A stretch of 64,000 nt of DNA from Candidatus Eiseniibacteriota bacterium (GTDB taxonomy: Bacteria > Eisenbacteria > RBG-16-71-46 > JABDJR01), in the NCBI GenBank assembly GCA_963783375.1, contig CAWANH010000028.1:1600001-1664000 (forward strand), written 5' to 3'. Made by a program: the position numbers and the translations under genes. Below, piece by piece: positions 47,372-58,599 of the stretch; the stretch's first letter is position 1, and every line of letters starts with the position of its first letter. The notes under the pieces are model-generated. The model was not told the DNA's origin. It searched no databases and was given only the letters and a program-made list of their open reading frames with translations.

Positions 47372-48511
47372 TCAGGGGAGGTGGCGCAGGGAGGCCGCGA
47401 CATCCTCCAGCACGGCGAGGATCATCGCCGAGGCATCCGAAGCCGACGATCCGCAGAGGAATTTCAAATCCACGTTCAAGGGGAAGAACGAACTCGGGCT
47501 CACCGGAATGTAGTCCACCACGGCCCTCGCCTCCGGGTCATCCAAAGCATCCCGGATCCGGTCCCGGCCGATGGTGACGATGTCGATGGAGCCCCAGTAG
47601 TTTCCCTCGGCGAGGAGCGTGTCGCCGGGAGGAGCGTAGGCCCGCGCCTCTAGATCGACCCCGTTCTCGTAGAGATCGTTCTGGGTGAAATCGGGCCGGG
47701 TTCCGCTCTCCAGGAGCACCCCGGTGCGGGAATTGTTGCGGAAGACGTTGTATCGGAGAATGGGGGTTCCGGCGAGGGCGCCTCGGAACCCGATCCGGTT
47801 GCGGCAGCCGACGTTGGCCTCCAGGTAGGGGGTCCCCGGGCCCAGGACGTCGATCCCCACCCCGCAGTTCCGAACGAAGTTGGCTCCGTAGCCCCCGTCG
47901 TCCCGGTCGCTCCGGATCCCCGCGTCGAGGGCGTCCTCGACGAGGTTGCCGATCACCAGGGGATCGACCGCCCGGAGCACCCGCACCCCCACCGAATCGC
48001 CGCTCACCCGGCAGCACCGGAGATAACCCCCCTGGCTCCGGATCAGGACTCCGGTGCCGAAGGACTCCACCGCGAGGTTCTCCGCCTTGGTTCCGTTTCC
48101 CACCGAGACGAAGACGATGCCCACGGTGCTGTCGGCGGCCGCGGTGTCCCGGAGAACCGCCGTCCCGGGATCGCCCACCCCGGTCACCGAGACCCCGTCC
48201 TTCATGAACAGGGCGGCGCGGATTCCCCCGGGAAACTCCTCCGGGTCGACGTCACGCACCTCGGTGTGGGTGTAGGTGCCGGGTTGAACGATCACCAGCA
48301 TGCCCGAAGAGGCGGAATCGACCGCTGCCTGGGGATAGGGGAAGTCCTCGGGCACCCGAAAGGCGGCCGGTCCCGGCACGATCAACGGCTCGTTGTTGCT
48401 GCAGCCGCCGGTGAACGACGACGCGGCGGCAATGAGGAGCAGGGTGGAGAGGCGGACGGACACCGCTCGACACCGGCCGAGGCGGTCCGGCGCCCCGGGC
48501 GACGACGGCAT
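47372..48511 (-). CDS. Right-handed parallel beta-helix (NosD/pectin-lyase-like) lipoprotein
   Basis: Lipobox FTGG|C, RVPEDFPYPQAAVD, VQPGTY, repeated N-x-x-G(I/V) coils, GNYWG; start uncertain. Confidence 0.7.
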   Translation of the reverse strand: MPSSPGAPDRLGRCRAVSVRLSTLLLIAAASSFTGGCSNNEPLIVPGPAAFRVPEDFPYPQAAVDSASSGMLVIVQPGTYTHTEVRDVDPEEFPGGIRAALFMKDGVSVTGVGDPGTAVLRDTAAADSTVGIVFVSVGNGTKAENLAVESFGTGVLIRSQGGYLRCCRVSGDSVGVRVLRAVDPLVIGNLVEDALDAGIRSDRDDGGYGANFVRNCGVGIDVLGPGTPYLEANVGCRNRIGFRGALAGTPILRYNVFRNNSRTGVLLESGTRPDFTQNDLYENGVDLEARAYAPPGDTLLAEGNYWGSIDIVTIGRDRIRDALDDPEARAVVDYIPVSPSSFFPLNVDLKFLCGSSASDASAMILAVLEDVAASLRHLP

Positions 48512-48578
48512 GACGCAAAGGTAGGGTTTGGGGTCCCCGGCCGTCAATCACCGTCATCCGGTCCGCCGGCCGTGCCGC

Positions 48579-49470
48579 TCAGAAGGTCCGGAGCTCTCCG
48601 GTCAACGTCTCGACGCGGATGCGTCCCGCGCGGCGGGTGAGGAACTCGCCGTCCACGTAGACCGGAACCCCCGCCGGGGCCTCGATCTCGAACCATGGGC
48701 TCTGGGCGGTCCGGACCCGGCCGGAGCGCACGTGGCTGCCGCCGAAGGTGCGGGGGAGGAGGGCCATCATGCGGGGGAGGCTCATCCGCCCGGTGAACAC
48801 CAGGTCGAGCTTCCCGTCGTCGATCCGGGCGGCGGGAGCGAGGAGAAACGCGCCTCCCACCCGCTTCCCGTTCTGGACCGTGGCCAGGGCGACCGGCCCC
48901 TCGTGGGTTCCGCCCTCCCACGAAACCCGCAGCGGGTAGGAGCGGAAGCGGGGGAGGCAACGCATGAGGGCCAGCACGTAGAGGAGAGGGCCATTTACCG
49001 CGGTCGTCCGGTGGCTCGCCTCGTTCACCAGGGCCTCGAAACCCAGGCCCACGTTGTTGTGATAGCGCCCGGTGAGGATCCCGATGGGCGGACTCGATCC
49101 TCCAGGAACCCAGATCCACCCGGCGCTCTTCGCCGGCGGCGATCCGATCGAGGCACCGGTCGAGGTCGGACGGCCAGCCGGTCATCCAGGCGAAGTCGTT
49201 GCCGGTTCCGGAGGGGATGAGCCCGAGCCGGTGGCGGGCCAGGTCCAGGGTCTGCAGGACCTCGTGCAGGGAGCCGTCGCCCCCGGCCACGATCACCGCG
49301 TCGAACTCGGGGCCGCGCTCGGCGACGATCTCACCGGCGTGCCCCGCGTGCTCGGTGTGGGCGATCTCGAACTCCAGCCCGCGGGCGCGGAAGGCGTCGC
49401 TCACGGCTTGGGGGGGGCGGCCCCGCCGGCGCCGGCCCGCGGCGGGGTTCATGACCACGAGGTGGCGCAT
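48579..49470 (-). CDS. Diacylglycerol kinase family lipid kinase (YegS/BmrU-like), split by an indel near 49085
   Basis: NPAAG, AGGDGS, PSGTGNDFA; next frame NNVGLGFEA, NGKRVGG, DDGKLD, VDGE. Confidence 0.85.
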
Positions 49471-49514
49471 GGGGGGAGCATAATCGCCCGAGGCGTCTTC
49501 GCCAGCCCCGTTTC

Positions 49515-51199
49515 TCAGCCCTTCTTCAGGCGCGTCTCCACCTCGTCCACGATCGATTGCGCCCGGTCGCGGGCCCCGGCCACCAGGCGGGCGGCGCGGT
49601 CGCCGATCTCCGCCACCCAGCCTCGTCGCCCTCGATCCCGCTCAGGTTGATGAGGACGTTGTGATAGGCGCCCTCGGCCGCGGTCCGCGCGGTCATGGCC
49701 GCCACCGCGGCGTCGCTCACCGAGTTCGGATTGCCCCGGGCGGCGACGTCCGCGGCCAGCTCCAGCGCGGGGAGGGTCCGCTCGAGCACCGAGAGGGGAA
49801 CCAGGGTGGCCCCCCGGTTGGCCTCGCGGATGGCCTCGGACTTGGCGCGGCGCTCCTCGTCGGAGGCGGCCTTCATGCGCATGGCGTCCATGACCCGGGT
49901 GAAGGCGTCGGTGTCCTCGTCCACCGCGCGGAGGAAGGCATCCTTGGCGGTCTGGGCCTCCTCGGCCACGCGGACCATGTCCGGCCACACCTCCTCCTGG
50001 CCCTTCCGGCCCACGGTGAGGTTGGCCACCATGCTGGAGAGGGCGGCGGAAAGCGCCCCGCAGAGGGCGGCCACGCTCCCGCCCCCGGGGGCGGGAGACT
50101 CGGTGGAAAGCTCATCCACGAAGCCGGTGAGGGTGCGGTCCACCAGCCGCTTCTTCCCCTGCTCGCGGACCAGGCGGTACTCGATGATCTTCTCGTCGGG
50201 ATCGAAGGGGGAGATCTCCCGGAGACCCAGGGATTGAATGGCGGTTTCCACGATGCTCCGTTCGGGGATGCCGGTGGAGCGGCCCTGGCGCTTCAGATAG
50301 TGACGGCCGGCCAGGAGCACCGCTTCCCGGGGGATGAGCCCCACCAGCTCGGACCCGGTCACCCGGAGGCCGCGCTTCCCGGCTTCCTCCTCGATCACGT
50401 CGAAAGCGAGGTGGGGGGGCGTGGTCTCGTAGTCCACCAGGTTCATCGAGACCTGGGCCCGGTCGTATTCCTCGATGAACCAGCCCACGCCCTTCACCGC
50501 CGGGAGCCGGCCCGCGACCTTGACCGCGGTGCCGTCGTCGTGGCGGACGATCTCGCCCCGGTCGTCGCGCTTCGCCCGCCCCGCCTCGCGGACGTCGAGG
50601 GCGATGTCGTGGGCCAGACGGCGGTCGCGGGTATTGAGGTTCACGTTGTAGGCGATCAGGAACGGGCGCGCGCCGATGGCGGTGGCGCCGGCGCGGGGGT
50701 TCAGGGCGGCCGGACCGAAATCGGGTTTCCACTCCGGGTTTTCGAGCTTGGCCGCGAGGCCCTCGTACTCTCCCTTCCGGACATCGGCCAGGTTCTGTCG
50801 CTCGGGACGGCTGGCCGCGTTCTCGTAGAGGTAGACCGGGATTCCCAGCTCCTCGCCCACCCGCTTCCCCAACCGTCGCGCCAGCTCCACGCAGTCCTCC
50901 ATGGTGAGGCCGGAGACCGGAACGAAGGGGCACACGTCGGTGGCGCCCATCCGGGCATGGGCCCCGGTATGAAGCCGCATGTCGATCAGCTGGTTGGCGG
51001 TCCCGATGGCCTGGAACGCGGCCTCCACCACCGGCTCGGGCTCGCCCACGAAGGTGACCACGGTGCGGTTGGTGGCCTGACCGGGATCCACGTCGAGCAG
51101 GATGGCGCCCTCCACCCCCTGGATGGCCCGGGTGATCTGGTCGATGACGGCTCGATTCCGCCCTTCGCTGAAGTTGGGGACGCATTCGACGATCGGCAT
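49515..51199 (-). CDS. ftcD: Bifunctional glutamate formimidoyltransferase / formiminotetrahydrofolate cyclodeaminase (last ~35 aa frameshifted near 49620)
   Basis: IVECVPNFSEGR, HARMGATDVCPFVP, LIAYNVNL, SPAPGGGS, NPNSVSDA, NVLINL. Confidence 0.93.
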
Positions 51200-51513
51200 G
51201 CGGACTCCTTAACTCGTTGATAAGCAATCAAGTACAAGATACTAAAATCGAGTGTAGGGGAGGGGCAAAGGCCGGTCAAGGCCCGGGGGGGACCGAGTCG
51301 CCGGGAGCGAAATCGGCGTCCGGACGGAGCGTGATCCCGGCGTCGGCGCCGCCGGCGCGCCTGGGCCCGGTCATTCTCCATGCGAGTTCATTATTTTTAT
51401 CTGAATTTTTGAGATTTGCAAAAACTCGGCTCGGGTCCACTCCCCCGGGGTCGATAACTCATCACGAGGCAAGGCCATTCCCCGCCCGTGCCGAGGAACC
51501 GGGGAAGTTCATC

Positions 51514-54500
51514 ATGCTATTCGGGTTCAGAAGCTTCACGCAGGTCGTCCTGACCGTCTATCTGCTATTCGCCATGGCTGCGGCCTGCGTGACGGCGCTG
51601 ACGATACATGCCCAACGCGATCGCGCCGCCGAGCAGGTCCGGACCGACCTCATCGAGGTCGCGGACACCCGGGTGGGCCAGATTGTCGCCTGGCGCGCGG
51701 AGCGGATGGGAGATGCCCAGACGCTCCAGCGAAGTCCGTTCCTGAACCAGGTCCTGACCGGAGGGCGCCGGCAACTCTCGAATCCGACGTTGCGTCGGAC
51801 TTTGGAGGAGTGGATAGAGGGCCTGAGCCGTACCTACGGATATTCCGGCATCTACGTGCTCGATCGGAAGCTGAACGTCCTCGCCGCCGTCGATCGGGAG
51901 GATGCCGTCGGAGTCGACGAGCTCAGGCGCGAGATTCAGACGTCCGCGGACACAGACGCGGTGGTGTTTCTGGACCCGCACTGACGGGGAGGCGGGTTAC
52001 GAGAACCACATGGATATCCTGGTGCCGATCATGGCTCGCGAGGCCCCGGCGGGGGAGGCCAAGGGCTGGGTGGTCCTGGCCGTCGACCCGGAGCGATTCC
52101 TCAATCCCTTGATGCGCACCTGGCCGTACCCCAGCCGCACTGCGGAAACGCTCATAGCCGATCGAAAGGGGGACGTGACCCAGTTCCTGACGCCCCTCCG
52201 GCACACCGACGCGGAAGGTTTGAGCCTTCGCCTCGCTCCCGAGCGGAGCGACCTGCCCGCGTCTCGGGGGACTCCTCGGCTACGACGGGTATCTGAGTGG
52301 ACGCGATTATCGCGGGGCGCGGGTCCTGGCCGTGGTGCGTCACGTGCCGAACACTTCCTGGGTCCTGGTGGCCAAGATCGACGCCGCCGAAATCTACGAT
52401 CCTCTCGACCGGCAGGCGTGGCAGGTCTCCGGACTCCTGGGTTGTTTGATCGCGGTCGCGGGGGCGCTCTTGTTTCTCGCGGCCCGGGCTCACCAGAAGA
52501 AGTTCGAGCGGCGGGACGCCCTCGCCCGGCACTACGAGCACCTCAGCCGTTCGGCCGACGACGTGATCCTCCTGGTGGACGAGGACCTGAAGATCGTGGA
52601 TACCAATCGGCGGGGTGAGGAGCTGTTCGGATACGAAAAATCGGAAATGGTGGGATCGGATGCGGCCATGCTGGCCGCTCCGGAGGCCCATGAGCAGCTG
52701 GCGGAGATGTTCGCCCGGCTCAGCCGAGGGGAGTCGGTCCGCGAACTGATGGACGGCATTCACCGGAACGGCACCAGGGTGCCGATGGAGGTCCACGCCG
52801 CGCCCATCGAGGTGAGGGGACGCCGGTACTTCCAGGGGATCCTCCGGGACATGACCGAGTGGGTCCGCGCCCGGGATGCATTGCAGGCCAGCGAGGTCCG
52901 ATTCCGGGAAGTCGTGAATCGCTACCCGGGTATTTTCGTCCTCCACGATCGTGAGTTTCGGGGCCTCTACGTGAACGCCATGGCCCTGACCATCACCGGC
53001 TTCACCGAGGACGAGGTGCTGGGAAAGCGCTACGAGGACCTGTTCCCCCGGGAGATCACGGAACGATTCATGCCCGCCCTCCTCGCGGCCCGGGACACCG
53101 GCAGGATCCAGACCGTCGAGTTCGAGATCGAGCTGGGCGGAGCAGGCTATTTCTTCGAATCCACCTGCATTCCCGTGACCGACGAATCCGGAGAGGTGAC
53201 CCAGGTCATGAGCTTCGCCCACGACCTGACCGAGCGGAAACGGATGGAGGTGGAGCTCAACAAGCGGATGATGGCCCTCGAATACAGCCCCATGGCCATC
53301 GTCATCACCGATACCGCCGGGGCCATCGAATACGTCAACCCCAAGTTCTGCGAGAGCAGCGGCTACCGAGAGGAGGAGCTGATCGGGCGGAACCCGAGCA
53401 TCCTGAAGTCCGGCCGTCAATCGGCGGAGTTCTATCGCGGCCTGTGGGAGACCATCGCCGCCGGCCGGGAGTGGCGCGGGGAGTTCTGGAACCGGCGCAA
53501 GAACGGCGAGCACTACGCCGAGCAGGCGTCGATCGCGCCGGTGGTGGATACTCAGGGCCGGATTACCCACTACGTGGCCACGAAACAGGACGTCACCGAG
53601 TGGCGGGAACTCGAGGACCAGTTCCGGCAGGCCCAGAAGATGGAGGCGGTGGGGAGGCTGGCCGGGGGCGTGGCTCACGACTTCAACAACCTGCTCACCG
53701 CGATCAGCGGATTCGGCGCTCTCGCCCAGAGGGGATTGACCGAGGGCGCTCCGGCCCACAAATACCTTACCCAGATCCTCCGGGCGGCGGATAGGGCGGC
53801 GGGGCTCACCCACCAACTTCTGGCCTTCAGCCGGCGGCAGGACCGAAAGCCCAGGATCATCGACCTGAACGATGTGATGGTCGACATGGTCACGATGATC
53901 CAACGATTGATCGGTGAGGACGTCCATCTGGAGTCGGTTCCTTCTCCGGTCCCAAGCCGGATCCTGGCCGATTCCGGGCAAGTCGAGCAGGTGATTCTCA
54001 ATCTGGTGGTGAACGCCCGGGACGCCATGCCGGACGGGGGAAGGCTAATCATGTCGACCAGCGTCCAGGACCTCGACGGGGCGTTCACCCGGGGACACCC
54101 CGAGATGTCCACGGGACGGCACGTGGTGCTCTCGGTGCGGGACACGGGGATCGGGATGACCGACGACGTGAAAAACCACCTCTTCGAGCCCTTCTTCACC
54201 ACCAAGGGTCCCGAGCGGGGCACCGGGTTGGGACTGGCCACCACCTACGGCATCGTGACCCAGAGCAAAGGGTGCATCGAGGTCGAAACCGAACCGGGCC
54301 ACGGAACGACCTTCCGCATCTTCTTCCCCGAGGCGAGCCGGGAGAAGGCGAACGCCGAGGCAGTTCCGGCCCTCCCGGCAAGCTGGCGGGGCGGGGAGGA
54401 GACCGTGCTTCTGGCCGAAGACAACGAGGGGGTTCGGGATCTCGCCCGCGAGGTGCTCACCTCGTGCGGGTACACCGTCCTGCCCGCGGAAAACGGCCCC

Positions 54501-54782
54501 GAGGCCCTGGAACTGGCCGCCCGGCACCCCGGTACGATCGACCTCCTCGTCACCGACCTGATCATGCCGGAGATGAACGGACGGGAGCTGGCCCGCCTCA
54601 TCGTCGAGAGCCGGCCCAAGATCAAGGTGCTCTACATGTCGGGGTTCACCGGGGACACCGTGGCCGCGGACGAGACGGCCCGCGGCGATCTCGCCTTCAT
54701 CCAGAAGCCCTTCATGCCGGTCGACCTCGCCGCCCGGGTCCGCGAAACCATCGACGGTCCGGAAGCCCGGATCGCCGCCTGA
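51514..54782 (+). CDS. Hybrid sensor histidine kinase (TM-Cache-TM, 3 PAS, HisKA, HATPase, REC), split by indels near 51980 and 52265
   Basis: AGGVAHDFNNLL H-box, NLVVNARDAM, FEPFFTTK, GTGLGL, REC TDLIMP; N-terminal periplasmic domain spread over three frames. Confidence 0.88.
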
Positions 54783-54822
54783 CAGCCGCGCCGCCCGGCG
54801 TTGGTGAGCCGGGCGTGACCGG

Positions 54823-55896
54823 CTACTGGATGACCGGGACCGTTCGAACCGCCACCGCCGAGGGCCCGTCGCCGGTGGTGAACTCGCCCACCTTGGTGAG
54901 CGTGGCCAGGTCCACCACCACGACCCCGTCCAGGTCGAAGTTGGCGGCATAGAGACGACCGTCGAACACCGCCACGTCGGAGTAGCCGCTCTCGGGCAGG
55001 ATCGGATCCCCGGCGTCATGGAGCGCGACGAAGGACCCGGTATCGTAGGACATGAGCCCACCGTAGTAGGACGCCACGTAGGCGGTGCCGTCGGGACCCA
55101 GGGTGGCGCGATAGGCCGACCCCCCCAGGACGAGGGTGTCCCGGACCGCCGAGGCGTCGGCCTCGATCCGCACCACCCGCCCGGCGACGTCGTCGAAGTT
55201 CCCGGTGCAGATCACCTGCATGCGCCCATCGGCCCCGACGAAGGCAACCTGCGGATTGGGGGGTACGGGCAGGCGCGCGGTCTCGGTCAGGGACGCCTTG
55301 TCCAGGACGACCACGGCGCCGTCCTTGAACTTCCCCTCGGCGCCGTCGTAGCCGGTGAGGGTGACCCATACCCGGTCCGCGGTCACCACGAGTCCCTCGG
55401 CTCCCGCGCCCACCGTGTGGCGGCGGGCGACCTTCATCGCGGCGAGGTCGAGTTCCATGACCTCCCCGCTCACGAACGAGCTCACCCAGCCCCGGTCGGC
55501 ATCGGCGGGGTCGGGAGCGAACTCCCACGGACTCACCCCGGTTCCGAGATCGATGCATCCCACGGTTTCCCCGGTCGCGAGGTTCACCACCGACACGTTG
55601 TTGTCCACCGAGTTCACGATGTAGAGGCGGTCGCCGACGACGTCGAGGTCGTTGGGGGCCCGGCCGGTGAGGCCGTGCCCGGCGAGGACCGCGGGGACGG
55701 CGGAGCCGGTGATCGGGGCCGCGGTCCAGGTCTCGCCCAGGCTGTTGGCGGTGAGAAGGTAGACGACGCCGGGGGTCAGCGCGGGCCCCCGGTCGCCGAT
55801 CAGGGGGCAGGTGGAGCCGGGCTTCTTGTCGTTGCCGCAGGAGGCCAGAAGGACGAGGGTCAGGCAGGCGGTCAGGAGTCGGGCGGGACGCTTCAT
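54823..55896 (-). CDS. YncE-like beta-propeller lipoprotein, BtuG-like putative cobalamin-binding protein
   Basis: Lipobox LLAS|C; blades LYIVNS, GVSPW, GAGAEG, PPNPQ, GDGP; directly downstream of btuB. Confidence 0.7.
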   Translation of the reverse strand: MKRPARLLTACLTLVLLASCGNDKKPGSTCPLIGDRGPALTPGVVYLLTANSLGETWTAAPITGSAVPAVLAGHGLTGRAPNDLDVVGDRLYIVNSVDNNVSVVNLATGETVGCIDLGTGVSPWEFAPDPADADRGWVSSFVSGEVMELDLAAMKVARRHTVGAGAEGLVVTADRVWVTLTGYDGAEGKFKDGAVVVLDKASLTETARLPVPPNPQVAFVGADGRMQVICTGNFDDVAGRVVRIEADASAVRDTLVLGGSAYRATLGPDGTAYVASYYGGLMSYDTGSFVALHDAGDPILPESGYSDVAVFDGRLYAANFDLDGVVVVDLATLTKVGEFTTGDGPSAVAVRTVPVIQ

Positions 55897-55955
55897 GGCG
55901 TTTTCTCTCCGGTAAGGGGGCCGACGTTCAAGGGGGGAGCGGGGGACGAGCCGCC

Positions 55956-58025
55956 TCAGGTTCCTCCGCGGCCCGGGGAGAACCGCAGTCCCAGGAGCAC
56001 CTCCCGGCCGGGGACCGCGTAGCCCCGGATGTCCTCGTACCGGGTGTCGAACAGGTTTCGCCCCTCCGCTTCCAGTCGCAGGTCGGCGGACGCCCGGTAC
56101 CGGAACCCGGCATGGATCAGGGCGTACCCGTCCGCCCACTTGGTATTGGCCGCGGTGAGGGGCACCCGGCCCACCGCCCGCACCCCCGAGGCCACGGCCC
56201 AGCGCCCCCGGGTCCAGGAGAGATCGGCGAAGGCGGTGCGGGCGGCGCGCCCCACCAGCCGGCGGTCTCCGGTGATCGGATCCCCGGTGGCGTCGGCGGC
56301 GTCGAGCAGGGTGAACGCGGCGTCGAGCCGGAGAGGAAGACCGAGCCCGCCCAGGTCGAGGGAGCCGTCTCCCTCCAGGCCGCGGATCCTCGCCTCGCCC
56401 ACGTTGTGCGGACGCCACACCCCGTCCGCCCCCGGAGTCCACTGGATGAGATCGGTGAGCCGGGAGTCGAACGCGGAAACCGAGAGCCGGGACGTGCGCA
56501 GCCGCGCGTCGAGACCCAGGTCGAGATCCCGGGCCCGCTCCGGACGGAGGTCGGGATTTCCCGCCGCGCTGGCCCGGGCCGGCCAGAAGAGATCGTCGAA
56601 GGTGGGCGGGCGAAACGCGTTTCCGAGTCCGGCGCGGGCGGCGAGAAAGGCCACGCTCCCGGGGTTGCCGATGAGCGCGCGGGAGATGCTCACCCGGCCC
56701 GAGGGATGGGGGGCGAACCCCTCCAGAGCGTCGAGGCGGATCGCCGCCGATGCTCCCCAGTCCCGCCACCGCTCTTCCGCGTAGAGCGCGGCGGCGGCGC
56801 GATCGCGGCCCACCCGTCCGTCGGTGGTGCTCCGGAGGCGGTCCCGGACGGCCTCGGTGCGGGCGATCACCGTGCCCCGTCCGAGAGCGCCGTGCCAGCT
56901 CGCCGAGGCGCGAAGCCGCCGGTTCCGATGGCGGTCGGCCACCGGCCCGAAGGGGTTCCGCGGGTCGGCGTAGTCCCGATCGAAGATCGACCGGGAGACG
57001 TCGAGATCGAAGCTCCCCGGTAGCGACGACGACTCCACCCCACGCGCGCCCAGGCTCAGCTCGGCATAGGTGTCGGTCCGGCCGGCGCCGGGGGTGGGGA
57101 AGGCGCGGCTCCCGGGCACGTCCCGCCGGTCGTTGCGTCGCTCCGCCGAGGCCTCCACCGCGGCGGCCCAGGGCGGGTGCCAGGCCAGCCGCGCCTGCGC
57201 GCCGATCCCGTCGGCGTGGCCCTCCCGGCTCTCCAGGCGGGGCGAGGCGGTCTCGACCCGGGCCACCCCGTCCGCCGTCCATCGGCTGCCCGACAGCCCG
57301 CCCGTCGCCCGGATGAGGGCGCGGTCGCCGTTCCCGGCCAGGACCCGAACCGAACTCTGCGGCGCGCGATCGGAGCGCCGGACCAGGTTCACCGCCCCGC
57401 CGAGGGCATCGGGCCCGTAGAGCGCTCCCATGGCTCCGCGGGCGACCTCGACGCGGTCGAGCCCCTCCACGTCGAGGGGCTCCAGATCCACGCCTCCCCC
57501 CTGGGCGGTGTTGATCGGGCGCCCGTCCACCAGCACCGCGGTGCGGTCGGAACCCAGCCCCCGGAAGGACACCGCCTGGCTCACCCCGTCCCCCTGGGTC
57601 AGCACCCGGAGACCGGCCACGTACTGAAGCGCGCGACCCAGGTCCGCGGGGTCGATTCGGTCGAGCCACGCCCGGTCGAGGACGGTTCGGGCGCCGGGCC
57701 GGAGGGGGAGGGGGGGAATTCGGGGCGCGGACTTTCTGAAGGGAGGGAGGGTGTAGGTGGGCAGCGCGGCGATCGAGCTGTCGTTCGCGGCGAGGGAGGC
57801 CGCAGCAGGAGCGGGGGAGGCCGCGGCAGGCGGGGAAGAAAACGTCGGCGCGGGAACGGATGCGGTCGAAGTCTTACTGGGAGTGGTTCTTTCGCCAGGC
57901 GAAAGTGAAAACTTCGGCTTGGATGTCAGCTCGGTCGCTCCCGCACCGACAGAACAAATGATGAGCCCGGCGAGCGCCAACGTCAAGGCGCTTCCGGCCG
58001 GCGCCCCGAAACGGTAGAAGGACAC
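55956..58025 (-). CDS. btuB: TonB-dependent receptor, vitamin B12 transporter
   Basis: Plug motifs SFRG, VLVDGRP, VEVARGAMGALYG; FRPPTFDDLFW, GNPDLRPE, NLFDTRYE, YAVPGRE; under a cobalamin riboswitch. Confidence 0.85.
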   Translation of the reverse strand: MSFYRFGAPAGSALTLALAGLIICSVGAGATELTSKPKFSLSPGERTTPSKTSTASVPAPTFSSPPAAASPAPAAASLAANDSSIAALPTYTLPPFRKSAPRIPPLPLRPGARTVLDRAWLDRIDPADLGRALQYVAGLRVLTQGDGVSQAVSFRGLGSDRTAVLVDGRPINTAQGGGVDLEPLDVEGLDRVEVARGAMGALYGPDALGGAVNLVRRSDRAPQSSVRVLAGNGDRALIRATGGLSGSRWTADGVARVETASPRLESREGHADGIGAQARLAWHPPWAAAVEASAERRNDRRDVPGSRAFPTPGAGRTDTYAELSLGARGVESSSLPGSFDLDVSRSIFDRDYADPRNPFGPVADRHRNRRLRASASWHGALGRGTVIARTEAVRDRLRSTTDGRVGRDRAAAALYAEERWRDWGASAAIRLDALEGFAPHPSGRVSISRALIGNPGSVAFLAARAGLGNAFRPPTFDDLFWPARASAAGNPDLRPERARDLDLGLDARLRTSRLSVSAFDSRLTDLIQWTPGADGVWRPHNVGEARIRGLEGDGSLDLGGLGLPLRLDAAFTLLDAADATGDPITGDRRLVGRAARTAFADLSWTRGRWAVASGVRAVGRVPLTAANTKWADGYALIHAGFRYRASADLRLEAEGRNLFDTRYEDIRGYAVPGREVLLGLRFSPGRGGT

Positions 58026-58190
58026 GGCAAGAGCCTCCCTTTCCACGCAAGGGTGGGTCTTCGAAGGGAGGAGAGGGGGGCTCGGGGCCCGGGACCGGCG
58101 AGGCGGGCAAGAAACAACCCGCCTCGAGGGAAATCGAAGGCGGGCTACGCCGCCGATCGCCCTCACCTCCTCGAAGGTCTCGATCGAGAG

Positions 58191-58387
58191 CGTCCACAGC
58201 CGGTCTCCTGACTCGCGGGTCATCCTCCGGTCGCCCCTTCCCGAGGGACCCGGTCCCTCAGTGGGTTTTCCCGCCGCTCTCCACCGCCTTTGGAGACGGT
58301 AACCGACAGCGGGACTGCGACCTTCGTCGCCGCTCACAGTGGCGGGTCCGTGCCGGATTCACACCGGCTTCCCGTACACTGCGGACG
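58191..58387 (-). ncRNA. Cobalamin (AdoCbl) riboswitch
   Basis: Minus strand GGGAAGCCGGTGTGAATCCGGCACGGACCCGCCACTGTGA...CCACTG...GGGAAGG...GAGTCAGGAGACCGGC (B12 box), closed by CGTCCGCAG/CTGTGGACG; upstream of btuB. Confidence 0.95.
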
Positions 58388-58422
58388 TTTATTTCGGGCT
58401 CCCCATGGAACCCATTCCCGGC

Positions 58423-58451
58423 ATCATAGGGAGCCGGTCCCCGCCCGTCAA
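58423..58451 (-). promoter_or_regulatory. Sigma-70 promoter of riboswitch-btuB
   Basis: TTGACG-N17-TATGAT on the minus strand just 5' of the riboswitch. Confidence 0.75.
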
Positions 58452-58599
58452 CCCGGGGAGACCGGCCGGGCGCCGCATGCTTCCCTCGTGGGTTACAATG
58501 GATCCCGTTCCGCCTCGTTGGTATCGAAACGGGGGAACGAGCTGCGTCGTCGGCGGCGAGGCGGTGGTCCTCGCCCCATGCGTGGTGGGAGGTGCCGAC

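Noticed and set aside
55897-57669. Apparent 948-aa ORF fusing a long N-terminus to the BtuG-like protein
   Set aside because: The upstream part is an off-frame read of btuB; the true start is ATG 55896 with an RBS and lipoprotein signal
58099-58126. GC hairpin downstream of the riboswitch as an intrinsic terminator
   Set aside because: No U-tract follows on the minus strand, so the mechanism cannot be assigned
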